Shown here: positions 35,243 to 43,209 of the stretch, piece by piece
Numbering within the stretch: the stretch's first letter is position 1
How the letters are laid out: the number at the start of each line of letters is the position of its first letter
From: Octopus bimaculoides
Taxonomy: Eukaryota
Direction: 5' to 3'
NCBI RefSeq assembly: GCF_001194135.2
Contig: NC_068990.1
Location: 53,019,320-53,062,528 of the forward strand
DNA length: 43,209 nucleotides
The notes under the pieces: model-generated
The model's input: the letters and a program-made list of their open reading frames with translations, nothing else
Databases searched by the model: none
Told to the model about the DNA's origin: nothing
Made by a program: the position numbers and the translations under genes

Positions 35243-35452
35243 TTTCAAATTTTTGTCACAAGGGCAGCTTGGGGAGGTGGGTATGAGTCAATTACATCAA
35301 CCCCCAGTGTTCAACTGGTACATACTTTATCAACCCCAAAATAATGAAAGGCAAAGTCAATCTTGGTGGAATTTGAACTTAGAGCATAGCAATGGGCAAA
35401 ATATCACTAAGCATTTCATCCAGCGTGCTAATGATTCTGCTAGCTAGTTACC
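35243..35452 (-). mobile_element. Deu/Nin-domain tRNA SINE
   Basis: GATAAAGTATGTACCAG and GACTTTGCCTTTCAT on the minus strand. Confidence 0.75.
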
Positions 35453-35472
35453 TTTGTAGTAATAATAATAAT

Positions 35473-35613
35473 AATCCTTTTTACTATTGGCTCAAGGCCA
35501 GCAAGATTTGGGGATAGATTAAGTCAATTACATTGACTCCAGTCTATAACTAGTATTTATTTCATTGAACCCAAAATGATGAAAGGCAAAGTCCATCTCG
35601 ACAGAATTTGAAT
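35473..35613 (-). mobile_element. Deu/Nin-domain SINE fragment
   Basis: ATGATGAAAGGCAAAGTC on the plus strand is the reverse complement of the core. Confidence 0.65.
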
Positions 35614-35802
35614 GGCACACTTAATAATAATATAATAGTGAATTTATAACAATCTTTAATGACAGGGAAATCTTGGCCTAAAGAGTGAAATGTTTTATTG
35701 GTTGGAATGTGCAGGGCCTTCTGCTCTGAATAATCATGCTCCCATCTACCATACTGCATTAAAAAACCAATCACTCCTAATTTGCTATTGTATTGACTCC
35801 AA

Positions 35803-35803
35803 A

Positions 35804-35875
<72 letters not shown>

Positions 35876-35915
35876 CACCATCATCATCATCATCATCATC
35901 ATTATCATTATTATT
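35803..35915. repeat. (TAT)n(TATCAT)n(CAT)n microsatellite
   Basis: Direct reading. Confidence 0.9.
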
Positions 35916-35918
35916 AAT

Positions 35919-36138
35919 AAGGCAGTGAACTGACAGAATTGTTTTTAGCACACCGGATGAAATGCTTAGTGGTATTCCACCTGTCGCTACATTCTGAGTT
36001 CTAATTCTGCTGAGGTTGACTTTATCTTTCATCCTTTCAGGGTCAGTAAAATAAGTTCCAGTTGAATACTGGGGTCGATATAATTGACTTATTCCCTCCC
36101 CCAAAAGTGCTGCTCTTGTGGCAAAATTTGAAACTGTT
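35919..36138 (+). mobile_element. Deu/Nin-domain tRNA SINE
   Basis: CTTTCATCCTTTCAGGGTCAGTAAAATAAGTTCCAGTTGAATACTGGGGTCGAT core. Confidence 0.8.
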
Positions 36139-36154
36139 ATTATTATCATCATTA

Positions 36155-36545
36155 TTGGAGTGGCTGAGTTGGTAAAGTGGCATTTCTTCTGGCTCTTTAG
36201 GTTCTGTGTTCAGATCCCACTGATGTTAGCTTTGTCTTTCAACCTTTTGGGGGCCAATGAAATAAAGTATCAATCAAATACTAAGACCAATTTAATCAAC
36301 ATCGTCTGGTTGAGCTTGCTCAGGCACTTTTAATCCATGCACATCATCCATCTCAGCATTAGTTAAGGGAGGTCTTTGGGGAGGCGCCCAGTGTCTCAGA
36401 TAAGTTGACCTATATATTTTGTGTTGAGATGGCGTGCTTGAGTATGGCCGTGCTTTGGTATCCATAGCTGTAGCTGACTTGCCAGTTACACTGGATTTAA
36501 TCAACTAGCCCCCTTTCCCTCAAATTTCAGGCCTTGCACCTGTAT
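36155..36545 (+). mobile_element. Older Deu/Nin SINE interrupted by an insertion at 36301-36494
   Basis: Core at 36225-36300; tail resumes at 36506 (TAGCCCCC...AAATTTCAGGCCTTG). Confidence 0.65.
36301..36494 (-). mobile_element. RTE-X-like LINE 3' end with 11-bp TSD
   Basis: Minus-strand LWIPKHGHTQARHLNTKYIGQLI*DTGRLPKDLP*LM; flanked by ATTTAATCAAC at 36290-36300 and 36495-36505. Confidence 0.7.
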
Positions 36546-36650
36546 GAAAGTTGTCTTTTTTTTTTTCAAACTGTTTTCAAGCATAAATTTCAACTTTCTT
36601 TACCAAGTTCTGTATTTATGGATATGTATATTTGTATTGTTGTGTACATG

Positions 36651-36691
<41 letters not shown>

Positions 36692-36880
36692 TGTATTGTG
36701 CATATATTATGTTGTGTGCTTATTTGTGGTTCTGTTTTGTGTATTTATTGTGTTGTTATGTGTATATTTATTTGAAAACTGTTGGTCTTTTTATTGCATA
36801 GGAATGAAGTTTACATTTAGCACTAGATACAGACATTATCCATTTCTTTGCTCAATGGATTTAGATTAACTGTTCACTGT

Positions 36881-39660
36881 ATCATCATCATCATCGTCGT
36901 CGTTTAACATCCGCTTTGCATGCTAGCATGGGTTGGACGATTTGACTGAGGACTGGTGGACCAGGAGGCGACACCAGGCTCCAATCTGATTTGGCAGAGT
37001 TTCTACAGCTGGATGCCCTTCCTAACGCCAACCATTCCAAGAGTGTAGTGGGTGCTTTTACGTGCCACTGGAACGACGGCCAGTCAGGTGGTACTGGCGA
37101 TGGCCACACTCGAAATGGTTAATTTTACGTGCCACCTGCACAGGAGCCAGTCCACCGGCACTGGCAACGATCTCGCTTGAATATCTTTTCATGTGCCAGG
37201 GAGGCGACGTTGGTAACGGTCAACGGCCACGTTCGAAATGGTGTATTTTATGTGTCACCTGCATAGGGGCCAGTCCATCGGCACTGGCAACGATCTCGCT
37301 CGAATGTCTTTTCACATGCCAGGAAGGCGACGTTGGTAGCGATCATGCTGGTGCTATTTATGTGCCACCAGCATGGAAGCCAGACAGCTGCTCTGGCAAT
37401 GATCGCGCTTGGACGGTGCTCTTAGTGCTCCACTGGTACAGGTGCCAACCTGATTTCGCTTGCCCCAACGAGTTCCTAAATTTAGTTCCATTTCGATTTC
37501 ACTTGCCTCACCATGTCTTCGCAAGCGGAGTTTAGTGTCCAATGAAGGAATGTTATGCGTAAGTGGGCTGGCTACATCCCTGNNNNNNNNNNAATGAAGG
37601 AATGTTATGCGTAAGTGGGCTGGCTACATCCCTGGCAGAGGCCTTGGATTTTGGTCTCACTTGGCTTGCCGGGTCTTCTCATGCACAGTATATTTCCAAA
37701 GGTCATGGTCACAAGTCATTGCCTCGGTGAAGCCTAATGTTCGGAGGTCGTGCTTCACCACCTCATCCCAGGTCTTCCTAGGCCTGCCTCTTCCACGGGT
37801 ACCCTCAACTGTTAGGATGTGGCACTTTTTCACGCAGCTATCCTCATCCATTCTCGCCACCTGTCTATACCAGTGCAATCTTCTCTCTTGCACATCACGA
37901 CTGATGCTTCTTATGTTCAACTTTTCTCTCAAGATATTTACACTCTGTCGGGTATGCACACTGACATTACTCATCCATCGGAGCATACTGGCTTCATTCC
38001 TTGTGAGCTTACGCATGTCCTCAGCATTCACGGCCCATGTTTCACTGCCATGTAGCATGGCTATTCATACGCATGCGTCATGCAGTCTGCCTTTTACTCT
38101 GAGTGAGAGGCCCTTTGTCGCCAGCAGAGATAAGAGCACTCTGAACTTTGCCCAGGCTATTCTTATTCTAGCAGCTACACTTTCAGCGCACCTATCCCCA
38201 CTACTAACTTGGTCACCCAGATAGCGGAAGCTATCAACTACGTCTAGTTTTTCTCCCTGGAATCAGACAGAAGTTGTTTCCTGTTTGTTTAAAGTTTTTA
38301 TTGCACCTGAACATCTGCCACATACAAAAACTAACTTCCTAGTTAACCTGCCTTTGATATTGCTGCACCTCTTATGTGTCCATAGCTTGCACTGGGTACA
38401 TCTTATAAAGTTTCTACCTACACCTTTTCTACAGATTGAGCAGGGCCATCTACCTGAAGGGGTTTGTGTTTTNNNNNNNNNNNNNNNNNNNNNNNNNNNN
38501 NNNNNNNNNNNNNNNNNNNNNNNNNNNNNNNNNNNNNNNNNNNNNNNNNNNNNNNNNNNNNNNNNNNNNNNNNNNNNNNNNNNNNNNNNNNNNNNNNNNN
38601 NNNNNNNNNNNNNNNNNNNNNNNNNNNNNNNNNNNNNNNNNNNNNNNNNNNNNNNNNNNNNNNNNNNNNNNNNNNNNNNNNNNNNNNNNNNNNNNNNNNN
38701 NNNNNNNNNNNNNNNNNNNNNNNNNNNNNNNNNNNNNNNNNNNNNNNNNNNNNNNNNNNNNNNNNNNNNNNNNNNNNNNNNNNNNNNNNNNNNNNNNNNN
38801 NNNNNNNNNNNNNNNNNNNNNNNNNNNNNNNNNNNNNNNNNNNNNNNNNNNNNNNNNNNNNNNNNNNNNNNNNNNNNNNNNNNNNNNNNNNNNNNNNNNN
38901 NNNNNNNNNNNNNNNNNNNNNNNNNNNNNNNNNNNNNNNNNNNNNNNNNNNNNNNNNNNNNNNNNNNNNNNNNNNNNNNNNNNNNNNNNNNNNNNNNNNN
39001 NNNNNNNNNNNNNNNNNNNNNNNNNNNNNNNNNNNNNNNNNNNNNNNNNNNNNNNNNNNNNNNNNNNNNNTGTAATTATTTGTATCTAAAGCGTCACCTT
39101 TACCTTTGTAGCAGTTGACTATGGTGCTGCTATACCAGTCATTGAGTATGACTCCTTCGTGTATCACCTGGTTAGCAATACGGGTGATTAGGCTATAGCC
39201 GACACTGCCAGATATTTTGAGCATCTCTGCAGTGATTCCTGATGGGCCGGGAGCTTTCCCTGTCTTCATACTCTTAATTGCTTTATCTACCATGGTACTG
39301 TCTTCTCGAATAGCTGGTCCCTCTGTTGGGTCGACATTCAGCAGACTTTCTTTCTCCCATTCATTCCCTTTGTTGAGCAATCTTTCGTAGTGGCATCTCC
39401 AAACCTCTTTCTTTGCAGCTTCGTTTAGTGCAAGCGTATCATCATCCATGCGAACACATTTCTCTACTATGACATCACGATTCTCTCTCACGCACTGTCT
39501 TGCAACAAGAAATACTTCAAGTCTTTTGTTTGTCCTCACGGCGCAGAACATTGGCAAATTTTTTCTTATCTGCTTCCCCTCTGGCTAAATAAACCTGTCG
39601 CCTAGCTTCCCTTCTGGCAGTCTGATACAATAAACCTGTCGCTTAGCTTCCCTTCTGGCA
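36881..39660 (-). mobile_element. RTE-clade LINE copy 2 (contains large N gap)
   Basis: (GAT)n tail at 36881, 3'UTR with six tandem anchors, ORF pieces LHGSETWAV, GRGRPRKTWDEV, FRYLGDQ, GKAPGPSGITAEMLK. Confidence 0.93.
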
Positions 39661-40319
39661 ATTTTGAACTTCCTCTGTAAATAATATATTTTTCAAATTT
39701 GCATTTTCCCTTGTTTTCTCCTGCTTGCTTCTCATCAAGCAGAAATTATTTCCCTTTTTCCTCTATTTTATAGATTTCTTCAACGTTCTGAATCATTTGT
39801 TTTATTCCCCTCCTCCACCCTTCCGTTCCAATTTTATTTTAACCCCTTTTAGATCAACTCCCCTGAAAATGCTTCTGGATCTATGACAAAAAATTGCTGC
39901 TTTAAAGTGATTTAGATTATAATCTTTCTTCAGAATTGTATGTTAATTTTTTCCAGATACCAACTTCATAATGAGAAAGTTATTTTACTAAATTCTTCGT
40001 TATTTTAAAAATTATTTGAAGCAAGAGCATTATATGTTGACAGAAATATGGTAACAAAAGGGCTAAGTTGATTCCAACCCTTAAATCTTAGTTATCCCGA
40101 AATATTTTCTTGGATTTCTAGACTAAATATTATTACTGTGGCTAAAATTACCTACTTGTATGTAAATATAAATAGAGTAGTAATTAATTTTTAATTAGTT
40201 ATAATGCACTCTTAGTGAGAAGCATTTCATCTAAGATGAACTGAGATGTGCCCTGGCAAGTATGTGTCTAATTACATATACACACACTCACATGCATGTG
40301 TGTGTATATAAACATATGC

Positions 40320-40375
<56 letters not shown>

Positions 40376-40388
40376 ATATGTATGTCTC

Positions 40389-42361
40389 TCATCATCATTG
40401 TTTAACATCCACTTTGCATGGTGGCAATGAGTTGGATGGTTTGACTGAGGACTGGCAAACCAGGAGGCTGCACCAGGCTCCAATCTGATCTGGCAAGGTT
40501 TCTACAGCTGGATGCCCTTCCTAATGCTAACCGCTCTGAGAGTGTAGTGGATGCTTTTTACATGCCACCAGCACAGGGGCCAATCAGGCGGTACTGGCAT
40601 TGATCATACTCACTGGGCTTGCCAGGTCTTCTTAAGCACAGCATATCTCCAAAGGTCTCAGTCACTTGTCATTGCCTCCGTAAGGCCAAGTGTTCGAAGG
40701 TTGTGCTTCACCACCTCATCCCAGGTTTTCCTGGGTTTGTCTCTTCCACAAGTTCTCTCCAGTGTTAGGATGTGATACTTTTTCACACAGCTGTCCTCAT
40801 CCATAAGCAACACATGATCATACCACTGTAGTTGTCTCTCTTGCACACTACACCTGATGTTTCTTTTGTCCAACTTCTCTCTCAGGGTGCTTACACTCTG
40901 TCGTGTATGCACACTGACATTACACATTCAGCAAGCTTGCACATGTCCTTAGCAATCACAGCCCATGTTTCACTTCCGTGTAGCATGGCAGTTCACATAC
41001 ATGTGTCATACAGTCTACCTTTCATTCTGAGTGAGAGACCCATTGTTACCAGCAGAGGTAGGGGCTCTCTGAACTTCGCCCAAACTATTCTTATTCTTTC
41101 AGCTGCACTCTCAGAGCATCCACCCGCTACTGACTTGGTCACCTAGGTGACAGAAGCTTTTTTTCTGTACATTTTCAGTGTTTATTGCTCCTGTGCATCT
41201 GCCATACACAAAAACTATCTCCCCAGTTTGCATTCCTTTGATATTGCTGCACCTCTTATGTGCCCATAGCTTACACAGGGTACATCTTATGGAGTTTCTA
41301 CCTACGCCTTTTCTACAAATTGAGTAGGGCCATCTGCCTGAAGTCAATTTGTGATTTGTCTGCCTTCCTATTTACTAAGACTTTGGTTTTTGCTAGATTG
41401 ACTCTAAGGCCCTTCAATTCTAGACCTTGCTTCTACACCTTCAACTTTTCCTCTAGTTCTAATTGTGACACAGCTATTAGAGCAAGGTCATCAACATAGA
41501 GGTGCTTCCAGGGGCATCTTGTCTTGAATTCCTCTGTTATTACCTGGAGGACTATAATGAATAAGAGGGGGCTGAGGACTGATCCTTGGTGGACCCCTAC
41601 CCGGAATTCTTCACTATACTTGTTGCCAATCCTCACCTTACTGACAGAGTTCCTGTACATAGCTTGTGCAGCTCTCACTAATCACTCATCTATCCCTAGT
41701 TTCCGCATTGACCACCAGTTAAGGGATTGGGGGACTCTGTCAAAGGCTTTCCTCCATGTTGATGAAAGCCAAGTACAGAAGTTTATCTTTGGCTAGGTAT
41801 TTCTCCTGCAGCTGTCTTACCAGAAATGTAGCATCAGTGGTGCTTCTCCCTGGCACACACCCAAACTGCATCTTGTCTGAACTAACTCTCTCCCTAATTA
41901 CTTGGGCTATGACCCTCTCCATGACTTTCATCACCTGATCCAACAATTTGATACCTCTGTAACTATTCGTATCTAATGCATCACCTTTACCTTTGTTGCA
42001 GTTGACTATGGTACTGCTACACCTGTCATTGGGTATGACTCCTTCATATATCATTTGATTGACTATATGGATGATTAGACTATAGCCTACACTGCTAGTT
42101 ATGTTAAGCATCTCTGCAGTGATTCCTGTTGGAACGGGGGCTTCCTTTGTGTTCATTGCTTTATCTACCAAGATACTGTCAATTCAGATAGCTGGTCCCT
42201 CTGTTGGGTCGACATTCGGCAGACTCTCTTTCTCCCATTCATTCTCTTCATTTAGGAACCTTTCGTAGTGGCATCTCCAGGTCCCTCTCTTTGCAGCCTC
42301 ATTAAATGCAAATGAGTCATCATCCATGCGGACACATTTCTCTCCTATGGCATCGCGATTC
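40389..42361 (-). mobile_element. RTE-clade LINE copy 3 (older, most of the 3'UTR deleted)
   Basis: Same family; track ORFs 41740-42171, 41433-41678 (GVHQGSVLSPLLF, LYVDDL), 41111-41347 and 40658-40927. Confidence 0.92.
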
Positions 42362-42772
42362 TAGTAAATTAGTAAATGACTTTATTTACTGAAGATAGCT
42401 TGAAACCACGGTCCAAGAAATAGATGGTAAATGTCCCTTCTTCGGTTGCTAGATGTCCTTTTGAATTTGAAATTTTAATTGTTGATATGACATAGTATGT
42501 CATATGTGTCTGTATATTGTCCTTTTGGTTGTGAAATAAACGGATTAATCAACAGAGTACAGTGTCTGCAAGTTGATGAGTACCTTATATTCCCCTCCAT
42601 TTTCTTATTGTTATGTAAATTTAGGGTAAAACCCCCCTTTTACCCACACCCACTTATTGCACTTGGTAAAACACTAGTGTAATAACAATTGGGTACCCTC
42701 CCAGCAGTATATTGGATAAATATTATCCCTTAGTGGGTTGGATTCCCCTAACTCTCTTGGATTATATATATA

Positions 42773-43188
42773 GGCGCAGGAGTGGCTGTGTGGTAAGTAG
42801 CTTGCTTACCAACCACATGGTTTCGGGTTCATTCCCACTGCGTGGCACCTTGGGCAAGTGTCTTCTACTATAGCCTCGGGCCGACCAAAGCCTTGTGAGT
42901 GGATTTGGTAGACGGAAACTGAAAGAAGCCCATCATATATATGTATATATATGTATATGTATGTGTGTATATGTTTATGTGTCTGTGTTTGTCCCCCCAA
43001 CATTGCTTGACAACCGATGGTGGTGTGTTTATGTCCTCGTAATTTAGCGGTTTGGCAAAAAAAGGCCGATAGAGTAAGTACTAGGCTTACAAAGAATAAG
43101 TCCTGGGGTCGATTTGCTCGACTAAAGGTGGTACTCCAGCATGGTCGCAGTCAAATGACTGAAACAAGTAAAAGAGTAAAAGAGAATA
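42773..43188 (+). mobile_element. Full-length CORE-like tRNA-derived SINE with internal (TA/TG)n
   Basis: A box TGGCTGTGTGG, B box GGTTCATTCC, CORE-like ACCTTGGGCAAGTG, central microsatellite, (AAAAGAGT)2 tail. Confidence 0.88.
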
Positions 43189-43209
43189 TAACCTTCTCCA
43201 ACTATAGTT

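Noticed and set aside
35562-36152. 196-aa ORF with poly-N/D tracts
   Set aside because: It is made of SINE sequence and a trinucleotide microsatellite.
36292-36504. 70-aa ORF resembling a small protein or retrocopy
   Set aside because: A different frame shows RTE-X C-terminal motifs, so this ORF is an off-frame reading.
37541-37624. 42-bp duplication on both sides of a 10-N gap
   Set aside because: Identical sequence flanking a gap is a typical contig-overlap artefact.
38418-39118. Long ORFs of 203-379 aa
   Set aside because: Their length comes from reading through the N gap; the real parts are RTE sequence.
42380-42410. CTGAAGA...GAAA spacing suggestive of another hammerhead
   Set aside because: Only TAGCTT lies between the boxes, with no convincing stem II or stem I.

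Overview
This is AT-rich, gapped, repeat-dense eukaryotic (animal) DNA. Its SINE/LINE repertoire (CORE-like and Deu/Nin-like tRNA SINEs, RTE LINEs with (GAT)n tails) points to a coleoid cephalopod, probably Octopus; that assignment is inference from recalled repeat families. No intact host protein-coding gene can be supported. Most track ORFs are microsatellite artefacts, N-gap artefacts or transposon fragments. Recognisable content: three truncated RTE LINE copies, R4/Dong-like and RTE-X-like fragments, a decayed Gypsy pol with a candidate LTR, a near-full-length mariner plus a second mariner 5' remnant, a SPIN/Charlie-like hAT, Helitron remnants, a piggyBac-type MITE, a 672-bp foldback element, many tRNA SINEs and microsatellites. 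The most striking observation is at 24526-25094: a head-to-head dimer of a tRNA-derived SINE flanked by a perfect 14-bp direct repeat. The SINE 3' part folds into a minimal type I hammerhead ribozyme of the kind found in Penelope-like elements. The two copies carry different single core mutations, and their consensus rebuilds an intact core. Other leads are a PHD finger inserted inside the RTE reverse transcriptase, a VNTR in the RTE 3'UTR, and a G-U-rich ~125-nt hairpin at 3557-3682.
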